From a bacterium (lineage in GTDB: Bacteria > Chloroflexota > Dormibacteria > Aeolococcales > Aeolococcaceae), in contig JACWAJ010000048.1 of the NCBI GenBank assembly GCA_014874355.1, positions 1 to 62,552 on the forward strand: a stretch of DNA of 62,552 bases. Reading direction: 5' to 3'. The notes beneath the pieces are model-generated. The model was given only the letters and a program-made list of their open reading frames with translations. It had not been told where the DNA came from and ran no database searches. The position numbers were made by a program, and so were the translations under genes. Each line of letters opens with the position of its first letter. The stretch's first letter is position 1. Below, in pieces: positions 47,681-56,720 of this stretch.

Positions 47681-48480
47681 GCGTCCTGGCCTCCTGCCAG
47701 ATGCGGTGGAACCAAACCGACAGCCTCGTAGAGCGCCTCGACCTCTGGCTCCGAGAGCCGGCGAGCCTGACCCTCGGCCACGCCCACCAGCTTGAGGGGA
47801 CCGTAGGCGACACGGCGGAGATCCTTGACGCGGAGGCCAACCGCTTCACATATCCGGCGAACCTCGCGTTTACGACCCTCCCCCATCACGATTTCGATGA
47901 CCGCATCACCACGTTTACCCGTCATTCTCACGTGAAGCGGGCGCGCGGGCCCGTCGATCAGGTGGACCCCCGCTCTGATCTGCAATACCTGCGTCGGAGT
48001 GGGTGGCGGCGTCACGGTGACGTGGTACGTTTTGGCGATGCCATAGCGGGGGTGGCTTAGACGGTGGGTCAGCTCACCATCGGTGCTGAGCAGCAGCAGC
48101 CCATGGCTGTCGGCATCGAGACGGCCCACCGGCACGAGGCCAGGCTGGGGCTCCACCAGTTCCATCACAGTTGGCCGCCCCTGAGGGGCGTGGCATGTAC
48201 TCACCACATCGCGCGGCTTGTTGAGCATGATCGTCACCGATGCTGGAGCGATGTCGATTACCCGGCCGTCGACTTCGATACGGTCGCGACCAGGGTCGAT
48301 GACGGTGCCTGCGACGGCCGTCATGCCGTTGACCTGAACCTGACCCGCGGCGATCAGCGAGTCGGCGCCACGGCGCGAGGCAATGCCGCGCCGCGCCAGG
48401 TAGCGATTCAGGCGCTCACCACTCGTGGTTGTCACGGCGTCAGGGGTTCGGGTTGGCATTCGTTGGTGTTGGTTGAGCAT
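47677..48480 (-). CDS. rluB: Pseudouridine synthase (RsuA/RluB family, S4 domain)
   Basis: S4 domain (RLNRYLARRGIASRRGADSLI) and catalytic GRLDADSHGLLLL. The start is ATG 48480 or 48459. Everything upstream in the track ORF overlaps scpB. Confidence 0.85.
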   Translation of the reverse strand: MLNQHQRMPTRTPDAVTTTSGERLNRYLARRGIASRRGADSLIAAGQVQVNGMTAVAGTVIDPGRDRIEVDGRVIDIAPASVTIMLNKPRDVVSTCHAPQGRPTVMELVEPQPGLVPVGRLDADSHGLLLLSTDGELTHRLSHPRYGIAKTYHVTVTPPPTPTQVLQIRAGVHLIDGPARPLHVRMTGKRGDAVIEIVMGEGRKREVRRICEAVGLRVKDLRRVAYGPLKLVGVAEGQARRLSEPEVEALYEAVGLVPPHLAGGQDA

Positions 48481-49240
48481 CACTCGTAGATATATCGAGG
48501 TCGGGGTCGGTCTCGGGGATGTCGTGCCACGTTCCCACGGTGACGTTGGGGATGTCCACCCCCTCCGGCAGCGGCGGCAAATCCTCGATCCGTTCGATGC
48601 CGACCATTTGCAGGAATCGCAATGTCGTGCCGAAGAGACGAGGCTGGCCCGGTGAATCCTGACGTCCCAACTCGCTGATGCAACCACGACGCTCGAGGCT
48701 GTCGAGTACTGCCTCGCAGTTCACGCCGCGAATCGCTTCGATCACGGCCCGGGTCACCGGCTGCCGGTAGGCGACTATGGCCAGCGTTTCCAGCGCGGGC
48801 CGGCTCAGGCGACCCGGGCGTTCAGGATTGAGGGCACGTTGCACCGCCCAAGCCGTGTCCGGTCGGGTCACGATCTGGAACTCGTCATGGTGGCGTTGCA
48901 GCATGACCCCGTGCTCTCGCAATTCGACAGCCAGCACATCAACTGCGGCGGCAGCGGCTCTCGGCCCGCACCCCAGGATGGCGGCGGCTTCGGAGATCGT
49001 GACGGGACGGTTGAGAGAAAAACAGATTGCCTCCAGGCAACGCGTGAGATCCTCCGGTTCGGCATCTGCCACCCACTCGGGCACAACGGCCCGCCCCAGA
49101 GCGTCGGTGATGGGGGCCTCGTAGCTTTCGACATCCTCGCTGTCGTCACCGCCGGCTCCAACGGGACTGAGATCCTCGATCACAACGGAGCCGGCCACAT
49201 CTCCTGGGATGTCATCGTGCTTGGTCGTCCAGTCACCCAC
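48440..49240 (-). CDS. scpB: Segregation and condensation protein B
   Basis: Two winged-helix repeats (LEAICFSLNRPVTISE..., LETLAIVAYRQPVTRAVIEAIRGV). It has acidic N- and C-terminal extensions. Confidence 0.85.
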   Translation of the reverse strand: MGDWTTKHDDIPGDVAGSVVIEDLSPVGAGGDDSEDVESYEAPITDALGRAVVPEWVADAEPEDLTRCLEAICFSLNRPVTISEAAAILGCGPRAAAAAVDVLAVELREHGVMLQRHHDEFQIVTRPDTAWAVQRALNPERPGRLSRPALETLAIVAYRQPVTRAVIEAIRGVNCEAVLDSLERRGCISELGRQDSPGQPRLFGTTLRFLQMVGIERIEDLPPLPEGVDIPNVTVGTWHDIPETDPDLDISTSDAQPTPTNANPNP

Positions 49241-49949
49241 GGGCGGTCACCGTGATTGGTCCGAACACCTCAGCTTGTTCGACTATGGCATCGCCGCCAC
49301 GGAGCAGCTCGAGCAGGCCCAGGAAGAGCGCCACCGCTTCCAGGCGAGAGCGAACTCCGCTGAAGATGGCCTCGAATTCGATCTCCCCCTCCAGTTCAAG
49401 GCGCCGGCGCAGCCGCGACGCCATCTCTTCGACCGAGAACGTGACGGTTTCGATGGCTGCGGGTTCGATGTCGTGGAGTCGCAAGAGCACCGCGCGGAAT
49501 GCCTCGGCCAGCCGCTCAGGGGCGATGCGGAGCCGCTCTACGGGAACGACGTCGGGCGAGACCAGCCCGAGAAAGCTGAGCGTGCCCGCATCCGCGGCCT
49601 CACTCAGCAAGGCTTCGGCAGCAGCTTTGAAAAGACGGTATTCGGCAAGCCGTTGACCTGCATCATCGGTAGCCCCATCGGCATCCTCAGCCTCGACATC
49701 GGAGGCATTGGGGTCCGGCAGTGCAGCCTGCGCCTTGAGGTTGATCAGCCGCGACACCAACGTGAGGAAGTCGGCGATATCGCGAAGGTCGCTTGGCGTC
49801 GTGCCCATGGCGCGGCGGCGGAAGTCCGCGGTGATCTTGGAGACGGGAATTTGCACAAGGTCGATCTCACCGCGCTGGGCACTCACCACGAGCTGTTCAA
49901 GCGAACCCTGAAACGCGGGTAGATCGATCGGAAATCTCGTTATCTCCAT
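49233..49949 (-). CDS. scpA: Segregation and condensation protein A (kleisin)
   Basis: F.G.LE.LV......EID...I.V..IT..F N-terminus, and a C-terminal winged helix (ALFLGLLELLR). Confidence 0.85.
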   Translation of the reverse strand: MEITRFPIDLPAFQGSLEQLVVSAQRGEIDLVQIPVSKITADFRRRAMGTTPSDLRDIADFLTLVSRLINLKAQAALPDPNASDVEAEDADGATDDAGQRLAEYRLFKAAAEALLSEAADAGTLSFLGLVSPDVVPVERLRIAPERLAEAFRAVLLRLHDIEPAAIETVTFSVEEMASRLRRRLELEGEIEFEAIFSGVRSRLEAVALFLGLLELLRGGDAIVEQAEVFGPITVTARG

Positions 49950-49963
49950 GTCGGCGGAGCCCC

Positions 49964-50809
49964 TTAGTCCTTGGGTGGGCGCTCACGCGCCTTGAGTCGG
50001 GTGCCGAAGTGCAACTTGTCGCGCAAGCGGCGATGAAACGATGGTGAACCGGGAACATGAACGACTTGCAGTTCGGGTCCGGCCTGTACGGTCAGTACGG
50101 CGCCCTCGTGCAGCTCGATATCTGCGAGACCGTCGGCGGCGACCACAACTTGACCGTGTTCGACAAAGACATGCACGACGACGGACTCAGGGAGGACCAC
50201 GGCGCGCGGCATGAGCGCATGCGGTGCCAGGGGCACGACTGCGATGGCTCGCACCCGTGGATCGATGGGCGGGCCGCCGGCGCTGAGCGCATAAGCGGTT
50301 GACCCAGTTGGGGTGGCGATGATCACCCCGTCGGCGTCGAATTCGCCGAACAGTTCGCCGTCGACGTCGACGCGCAGTCGGGCCACACTGACCCCGCGCG
50401 CTTTGACCACGATGTCGTTTAACGCGACGGCCGCGAAGTGCAGTCCGGCTCCCGCGGCTTCGCCCCGAAGCAAGAAGCGTCGAGTCGTCTCGAAACGATC
50501 TGTGACGAAGGCCTCCACCGCCTGGGGAAGGTTGGCTACTTCGATGTCGGTGAGAAAGCCGAGACGGCCCCGGTTGACTCCAAGGATGGGGATGCCGCGA
50601 GGTGCGGCTAGACGGGCTCCGAGGAGGAATGTGCCGTCACCGCCGACGGTGACCAACAGCTTGACAGTGTCGGCATTCGCATCCATCGCCGCCGCCGGGT
50701 CGGCATCCGTGCTCCATGTGGTCCAGCCGTGCGCAGCGGCTTGCCGGGTGACAAGGTCGACGATGTGGTCCTCGCCAGGATGGAGCAGCAGTCCGATGCT
50801 AGGCGTCAT
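49964..50809 (-). CDS. nadK: NAD kinase
   Basis: VGGDGTFL, NRGRLGFLT and ATPTGSTAYALSAGGP. The start is ATG 50809, just after the xseB stop. Confidence 0.9.
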   Translation of the reverse strand: MTPSIGLLLHPGEDHIVDLVTRQAAAHGWTTWSTDADPAAAMDANADTVKLLVTVGGDGTFLLGARLAAPRGIPILGVNRGRLGFLTDIEVANLPQAVEAFVTDRFETTRRFLLRGEAAGAGLHFAAVALNDIVVKARGVSVARLRVDVDGELFGEFDADGVIIATPTGSTAYALSAGGPPIDPRVRAIAVVPLAPHALMPRAVVLPESVVVHVFVEHGQVVVAADGLADIELHEGAVLTVQAGPELQVVHVPGSPSFHRRLRDKLHFGTRLKARERPPKD

Positions 50810-50810
50810 G

Positions 50811-51200
50811 TCAGAAAGGAACGCTGTCCGGATCGACAGGTGTGTCGCCACCACCGGTGGGCACTATTCCGGGGAAGAGGCCGGGATCACCACTGGCGGG
50901 CTTGGCTGCGTGAGGCGCCGGGGCTTCGGCACCGGCTGAAAAGGGCGCTTCAACCGCTGCCCCGGCCAGTCCTACCACCAACTGGGTGATAGTCGCCTCG
51001 GTGCGATCCAACAGCGATGCGCAATGGCTCGCCAGACGCATGCCTTGTTGGTAGGCGCTGACGGCATCGGCAAGATCGATCTGCCCGCCTTCGAGTTTCT
51101 CGATCAAGGCGTCGAGTTCCGCTATCGCCCGCTCGAAGGTCATCTGGTTTACGTCATCGGTCATTGGTACACCTCGGCGCAAATCGTATTGGTTCATCAT
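50811..51200 (-). CDS. xseB: Exodeoxyribonuclease VII small subunit (with long C-terminal tail)
   Basis: TFERAIAELDALIEKLEGGQIDLADAVSAYQQGMRLASHC. The ATG overlaps the xseA stop (ATGA). Confidence 0.8.
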   Translation of the reverse strand: MMNQYDLRRGVPMTDDVNQMTFERAIAELDALIEKLEGGQIDLADAVSAYQQGMRLASHCASLLDRTEATITQLVVGLAGAAVEAPFSAGAEAPAPHAAKPASGDPGLFPGIVPTGGGDTPVDPDSVPF

Positions 51201-52483
51201 GCGTTCTCGCCTTGCCGGCGGACAGCCGCCACCGCGCTGTCGATCTCTCCGTCGGCAATCCGGGTGGTCAGACGCTGACCCGGCGAAGCCGACGAGCAGG
51301 TGACGACCTTACCCGTCTTCGAGTCGACTGTGATGGAGTAACCCCTTTTCAGTACCGCAAACGGCGAAAGGGCCGCGAGCCGTTGCTGGCGCGCGGCAAC
51401 TTCGGCGCGGAGCAGTTGCACGCGGTGTCGTGGGGTGGCGCTCTGGAGCCTGTAGGTGTCGCGGTCGAGGTCTCGTCGCATCTTGCCCACTCGCGCGGTG
51501 ACGGCGGAGAGCAGACGATGAGCGCGCAAGTCGACATCCTGACGCATGCCGGCCAGGCGTCGTTGCGGCGAGGCGGAGAGCAGACGCCGGCTGAGGTTTT
51601 CGCTAAGGCGCCGCTTGGTAGTCACCGCGTGGCGCGCCGCCTGTCGAAGCCTAAAGCTACGTTGCTCCAGGTCGGCGTGCAGATGTGCCATAGATGGCAC
51701 GGCCAGCTCAGCGGCCGCAGACGGTGTCGAGGCCCGACGATCAGCCACCAGGTCTGCGATCGTCGTATCCGTTTCATGGCCCACGCCAACCACCACGGGC
51801 AGGATGGATCGGCGAATTGCTCGCGCCAGATCGGCGTCGTTGAAACTCATGAGATCTTCGATCGAACCGCCGCCGCGAACCACGAGGATCACGCCGGCTC
51901 CCGGGACTTGCTGGGCTCGCTCCAGCGCCGCCAGCAAAGTCGACACCGATTCGGCGCCTTGCACCACAGCCGGGGATATGACAATGTCGGTGCCTGGAGC
52001 CCGACGGCGAATGACATTGCAGACGTCGCGGAATGCAGCGCCGGTGGGCGACGTCACCACGACGACACGGTGCGGCAGTAGTGGCAGCGGCCGCTTTAGG
52101 CTCTCGTCAAACAGCCCCTCGGCCGCAAGCTGGCGCTTGCGCTGCTCGATCGCCAATGCCAACGCACCGACACCACTCGGTTCGATGCGGTCGGCATAGA
52201 GCTGGTAGGCGCCGACCTGGTCGTACACGTCCACTCGGCCGTGAACCACTACGGTTATGCCGTTCTCGGTGCGGAAGGGGATGCCGGCCAGGGTGCCGCG
52301 GAAGCAGACACACTTGAGGGCGGCACCGGCATCCTTGAGCGTGAAGTAGAGATGCCCCGAGGCCGGGCGGCTGAGGTTTGAGACCTCCCCCTCGACGAGC
52401 ACGTCTTCGAGTTCGGGCACAGCGCTCAACGAACTACGCACCAGTGCCGTCACCTGGGTCACGGTAAAAATCGTCACAGTCAT
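51197..52483 (-). CDS. xseA: Exodeoxyribonuclease VII large subunit
   Basis: N-terminal OB fold (V.GEVSN......GH.YF.LKD), RGGGS.EDL, and a C-terminal coiled coil. Confidence 0.9.
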   Translation of the reverse strand: MTVTIFTVTQVTALVRSSLSAVPELEDVLVEGEVSNLSRPASGHLYFTLKDAGAALKCVCFRGTLAGIPFRTENGITVVVHGRVDVYDQVGAYQLYADRIEPSGVGALALAIEQRKRQLAAEGLFDESLKRPLPLLPHRVVVVTSPTGAAFRDVCNVIRRRAPGTDIVISPAVVQGAESVSTLLAALERAQQVPGAGVILVVRGGGSIEDLMSFNDADLARAIRRSILPVVVGVGHETDTTIADLVADRRASTPSAAAELAVPSMAHLHADLEQRSFRLRQAARHAVTTKRRLSENLSRRLLSASPQRRLAGMRQDVDLRAHRLLSAVTARVGKMRRDLDRDTYRLQSATPRHRVQLLRAEVAARQQRLAALSPFAVLKRGYSITVDSKTGKVVTCSSASPGQRLTTRIADGEIDSAVAAVRRQGENA

Positions 52484-52902
52484 GCACCTTCTCTGGCCGC
52501 GGCAACCCGTCCCAAGACGCCGTTGACGAAGGCGCCGGCTTCATCGCCGGCGTAAGTCTTGGCCAGCTCCACCGACTCGTCGATCACGACCGCGACGGGG
52601 GTCTTGGGCTCGGCCAGAAGTTCGTATGCCCCCAACCGCAGCACGGCCCGCTCCACCTTGCCGACATCAACGATCGTCCAGTTGTCGGACGCTGCGCCGA
52701 TGGAGCCGTCTACTGCGTCAATCAGTGTGAGGCAGCCAAAGACGAGCTGCCTCGCGAAGCCGATGACGTCGGCGGTGGCGCCCAGCTCATCCGCCTGGTA
52801 ATCGAGAACAAGGTTGGGATCCTTGGGAGTCCCCTCGATTTCAAAGAGGACTCTCAGCGCCAGTTCACGTCCGCGGTGCCTGCGGCCACCGCTCCGACTC
52901 AC
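52480..52902 (-). CDS. nusB: Transcription antitermination factor NusB
   Basis: RR..RE.A...L......, plus the DR.A..D...LR.G..EL pattern. 140 aa. Confidence 0.9.
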   Translation of the reverse strand: MSRSGGRRHRGRELALRVLFEIEGTPKDPNLVLDYQADELGATADVIGFARQLVFGCLTLIDAVDGSIGAASDNWTIVDVGKVERAVLRLGAYELLAEPKTPVAVVIDESVELAKTYAGDEAGAFVNGVLGRVAAAREGA

Positions 52903-53294
52903 GTGAAAACGACCTCGCTGATGAAGACATTGGCCTCAGCCACCCGGATCCCGAGCATTCGATCGACGGCGTCGGCGACCTGGTTTTGCACCTCGGCGCC
53001 CACCTCGGGAACATTGCCCCCCGCCTTCATCGCCACATAGAGATCAAGCCTGAGCGACTCGTCAGGCAGCATCTCCACCCGAACTCCACGGTGAGCCACC
53101 GGACGGCGCAAGATGCGGTCGATCTGTTTGCCGGTCGGGTGGTACATGGCGGCCACTCCCTCCACTTGTAGCGCCGTCAATGCCGCTATCCACGCGACCA
53201 CCTCATTGGCGACGCGCACCGCCCCCAGTGATCCACTAGCGTTGCCGGCCACGGGTAGTTGAAACGGCGGAGCCGCTGCCGGAGTCTCGGTCAT
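52899..53294 (-). CDS. Asp23/Gls24 family envelope stress response protein
   Basis: G...V...V...IA......V.GV pattern, and the usual position between efp and nusB. The start is ATG 53294, just after the efp stop. Confidence 0.8.
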   Translation of the reverse strand: MTETPAAAPPFQLPVAGNASGSLGAVRVANEVVAWIAALTALQVEGVAAMYHPTGKQIDRILRRPVAHRGVRVEMLPDESLRLDLYVAMKAGGNVPEVGAEVQNQVADAVDRMLGIRVAEANVFISEVVFT

Positions 53295-53295
53295 C

Positions 53296-53853
53296 TCAAA
53301 CTCGCTCCATGTAGGTGCCGGTGCGGGTGTCGACGCGGATGAGTTCGCCCGGGTTGACGAACAGTGGCACATCCACGACAGCGCCAGTCTCCAGCGTGGC
53401 CGGTTTGGAGGCCGCGTTGGCGGTGTCGCCCTTGTAACCCGGGTCCGTCTCCGTGACCTTCAGTTCCACGGCGATGGGCAGTTCGACGCTGAGAACCCTG
53501 CCCTCGTGCTGCAACAGGAAGACGCTGTCGTTCTCCTTGAGCCACTTCTGCGCATCGCCAAGTTGCGCTGGGGATACGGGAAACTGGTCGAACGACGACT
53601 GGTCCATCATGATGTAGTTGTCGCCGTCGCGATACAGATACTGCGCCTCATTGCGTTCGATCCGGGCTCGTCCGAACTTCTCCTCGGGTCGGAACGTCTC
53701 CTCGGTCACAGAGCCCGAGGCCAAGCTCTTGAACTTGGCACGAACAAAAGCGGTGCCACGGCCTTGCTTCACGTGTTGGAAATCTACGACGGTGAACAAC
53801 TCGCCATTGCGTTCAATGGTGTTGCCGGGACGCAACTCGCCTGCATTTATCAT
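53296..53853 (-). CDS. efp: Elongation factor P
   Basis: ELRPGNTIE.NGELF.V..FQHVKQGRG.AFVR.K.K.L. 185 aa. Confidence 0.95.
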   Translation of the reverse strand: MINAGELRPGNTIERNGELFTVVDFQHVKQGRGTAFVRAKFKSLASGSVTEETFRPEEKFGRARIERNEAQYLYRDGDNYIMMDQSSFDQFPVSPAQLGDAQKWLKENDSVFLLQHEGRVLSVELPIAVELKVTETDPGYKGDTANAASKPATLETGAVVDVPLFVNPGELIRVDTRTGTYMERV

Positions 53854-54390
53854 CTAGACATCGCTCTCCGATACCACGTTGTTCCCAGGCGCCGCCTGTG
53901 TGCGGGTCCGGTGTGCCTCCATCGCATCCATGAGTGCATCGTAGAACGACTGGGGGTTGGAAATGCGATGCAGCACCTCGATGCCATCCCTTCCTGCCGA
54001 CTCGATGTCGAGGTCGCCGGCACCCAGCAGTCTTGCGCCGAGGCTTCGGCGGATGGTGACATCTTGGATGCGGTCCAGCGTGATCGACTCGGTCACTGTG
54101 GACACCACACCGTGACTGATCACCACGCGCCGGTTGGTGAGGACGTACTGAGCCGCGCGCCACTGCAGATATTGCACGAGTATCACCACCAGGGCCGTCA
54201 GTATGATCGCGATCCGAAGCCCGTTGACAACTGTGCTGGTGTCCTTCCCGGCAATGGTGGAGGGGGCGATGTGGAGGACGACAACCCCGATCACAACGAC
54301 AATGAGGGCCACGACCACAGCCGGTGCCAGCACCGACCAGTTCTGCCGGGTCGAGACTATCGACTGTTCATTGGCGAGGAGTTTAGGCAC
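53854..54390 (-). CDS. Membrane protein with bacterial PH domain (YdbS/YdbT-like, DUF304)
   Basis: Two TM helices followed by YVLTNRRVVISHGVVSTVTESITLDRIQDVTIRRSLGARLLGAGDLDIES. GTG 54390 is preceded by GGAGA. Confidence 0.75.
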   Translation of the reverse strand: MPKLLANEQSIVSTRQNWSVLAPAVVVALIVVVIGVVVLHIAPSTIAGKDTSTVVNGLRIAIILTALVVILVQYLQWRAAQYVLTNRRVVISHGVVSTVTESITLDRIQDVTIRRSLGARLLGAGDLDIESAGRDGIEVLHRISNPQSFYDALMDAMEAHRTRTQAAPGNNVVSESDV

Positions 54391-54406
54391 CAAATGTCTC
54401 CAAAGG

Positions 54407-55231
54407 TCACAAGTATTGATATAGAACCAAAGCTGTGCCGAGGCACAGGAATGGAGCATAGGCCACGGAGTCTCGCAGACCGCGGAGCCGAGTGATCAGC
54501 AACAGCAACACGACTGCACCGCCGATGAAGACCCCATAGGTAATCGCGTAGAGCGCACCAAACTGGACCTGGGCAAAGTCGAATCCGGCAATCGCCCCGA
54601 TGACGACACTCAGTTTGACGTCGCCAAGGCCAAAACCACCATGGAACAGCAGGCGGCTCAGCGAGAACATGAACAGGAAGAGGACTCCGCACACGACGGC
54701 GCCTTCTACTGCCTGGTTGAAGCCCAGATTCGGGGTCAATGGCGAGAGGCCCAGGGCCAGGATGAGCGCCGGGAAGGTGATGACGTCGAGAACCAGGTGG
54801 TGCTTGAGGTCGAACGTCAAGATGTGGATGAGGATCGCAATCCAGACGAGGTGGATGTACAGGTTGACGCCCACGCCCTGGTGGAGGGCAAAGGCGCCAA
54901 ACGCGATCGCGGTGAGCAGCGGCGAAAGGATGCGTTCGCGCCACGTCCAGCCATAACTCTCCATCTCCCAGGGCGGAGCCTCGGGTGCGTCCTCGGCATC
55001 TGGCCCTGCTGCAAGTCGTTTCTCCTCGATGTCGCGCAGGTACTCTTCGCGTTCTTCCATTTCCTCCGCCTCGAGCTTCTCGAATCGCTCAATGAGGATC
55101 GTCAATGCGCCCGACAGGAGGCCGACCACAGCACCGGCGACCACCGCCAACACCACCTGCCACCACAGCACTGCTGGCGCAATGCTCGACAGCGCCGCTT
55201 GATCGGTCAGGTTCACATCCAGGCCCACCAC
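54407..55231 (-). CDS. A24-family prepilin (type IV leader) peptidase-like protein
   Basis: Polytopic protein with a first Asp context (HHLVLDVITFPA) and the second catalytic motif GLGDVKL. The cytoplasmic loop after TM1 is acidic and Cys-free, so the Zn/methyltransferase-type loop is absent. Confidence 0.8.
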   Translation of the reverse strand: MVGLDVNLTDQAALSSIAPAVLWWQVVLAVVAGAVVGLLSGALTILIERFEKLEAEEMEEREEYLRDIEEKRLAAGPDAEDAPEAPPWEMESYGWTWRERILSPLLTAIAFGAFALHQGVGVNLYIHLVWIAILIHILTFDLKHHLVLDVITFPALILALGLSPLTPNLGFNQAVEGAVVCGVLFLFMFSLSRLLFHGGFGLGDVKLSVVIGAIAGFDFAQVQFGALYAITYGVFIGGAVVLLLLITRLRGLRDSVAYAPFLCLGTALVLYQYL

Positions 55232-55232
55232 A

Positions 55233-56267
55233 TCAGCAGCTTCTACCTAGGAACTGGACGCACTGTTGCGTGTGCTCCGCGGCCGTAACGCTGTAGTGGT
55301 TGTGACCTTCACGGTCGGAAACATAGAACAAGTCCGCCGTCTGTGCCGGCTGCGCCGCAGCGCGGATCGAACTCAAACCGGGATTGGAGATCGGCGTCGG
55401 TGGCAGACCGGCATGGAGGTAGGTGTTGTAGGGGGTGTCCTCACCCAACTCGGCCCCCGTGGGAGAACGCCCGGTGACGCCAAGGCCATAGAGAACGCTT
55501 GCGTCCACCTGCAGGTCCATCCCATCTGCCAGCCGGTTGGTGATGACACCGGCCACAAGCGGTCTGTCAACGTCAAACCTGGCTTCACGCTCGATGATCG
55601 AGGCCAAGACGAGGGTCTGGTAGGGCGAAAGTGTCGAAGATCGGAGCGCTGCTCGTGCTTTCGCGTCGAAATTGTCGAGTTGCATCTGGATGACGTCCTT
55701 GGCGGTGGCATTCGCGGGAACGTCATAGGTGGCGGGGAAAAGGAAGCCCTCAAGCGGCGCCCCCACCGGCAGGTCGGCGAGCAGAGCACCCGTGAACCCC
55801 TGGGGATGGGTTGCCAGATCGAGGTAGTCGGCGGCGGCAATCTTCAGCCCGCTCTTACCGACGACGCCGGCCATCTGCTGCGCCGTCAGCCCTTCGGGGA
55901 GCACGATCCGGATGGTGGCCACACTGGGTTCACCCTCGAGCACCGAGATGATCGCGCTGGCTCCCATGCCGTCGTCAACCTGGAACATTCCAGGGCGTAG
56001 GTGGGCACTGAGGTTTCTGGCGTTGGCGTACAGCCCAAACCAGAAACGGCTCCTAATCACGCCCTTGGCGGCGAGGTTGTCGGTCACCTGTCCGGCTGTC
56101 TCGCCGGGAACGACCTGGATACTGACCACACGGCCGTGCGATGGTGACACCGGTTCGAGCTGCGAACGTCCGTAGACAAAGGTCATAGCGCCACCGGCTA
56201 TCAGGACGACCAGTGCAAGACTCGCGATCACGAGGATCGTCCGAACTCGACCGTGCTTGCGTTTCAA
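55233..56267 (-). CDS. mltG: Endolytic murein transglycosylase MltG (YceG-like)
   Basis: N-terminal TM helix, then a YceG domain (LASIIEREA..., YNTY...GLPPTPI.NPG, and a C-terminal ...H.F). Confidence 0.9.
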   Translation of the reverse strand: MKRKHGRVRTILVIASLALVVLIAGGAMTFVYGRSQLEPVSPSHGRVVSIQVVPGETAGQVTDNLAAKGVIRSRFWFGLYANARNLSAHLRPGMFQVDDGMGASAIISVLEGEPSVATIRIVLPEGLTAQQMAGVVGKSGLKIAAADYLDLATHPQGFTGALLADLPVGAPLEGFLFPATYDVPANATAKDVIQMQLDNFDAKARAALRSSTLSPYQTLVLASIIEREARFDVDRPLVAGVITNRLADGMDLQVDASVLYGLGVTGRSPTGAELGEDTPYNTYLHAGLPPTPISNPGLSSIRAAAQPAQTADLFYVSDREGHNHYSVTAAEHTQQCVQFLGRSC

Positions 56268-56276
56268 ATGCTCACC

Positions 56277-56717
56277 TTAGCCGGCACAGCCACGGTCCAT
56301 CGTGGATGGGTGCGCATCGAGCCAGCTCTGGAGCATGAGTGCGGCCGCGACGGCATCGATGACCTGCCTGCGCCGGGCGCGGCGCAGGCCGCTGGATATT
56401 AGGCTTCGCTCCGCCGCCTGTGTGGTGAAGCGTTCGTCCCACCACTCAATCGGAATATCGGTTCGCGACGCCACCTCGTCACCGAAGCGTCGTGCCATCT
56501 CAGCGGCCGCTCCCTCATCCCCGTCAAGTTGTCGTGGGAGCCCGATAACGATCCTGTCTACTGCATGTTCTGTGAGCGCAGTGGCGATGCCCTGCCACAG
56601 CGCGGCGGGTCGATCGCAACGCAGCGTTGTCAGAGGCGTCGCAATCGTACATGTGGGGTCGCTTACGGCAAGGCCCACCCGCACCGTACCCGCGTCTATC
56701 CCCAGAACTGGCGTCAC
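56277..56717 (-). CDS. ruvX: Putative pre-16S rRNA nuclease / Holliday junction resolvase-like RuvX (YqgF)
   Basis: LGIDAGTVRVGLAVSD, ...IVIGLP, and DER.TT..A. Confidence 0.9.
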   Translation of the reverse strand: MTPVLGIDAGTVRVGLAVSDPTCTIATPLTTLRCDRPAALWQGIATALTEHAVDRIVIGLPRQLDGDEGAAAEMARRFGDEVASRTDIPIEWWDERFTTQAAERSLISSGLRRARRRQVIDAVAAALMLQSWLDAHPSTMDRGCAG

Positions 56718-56720
56718 GAC

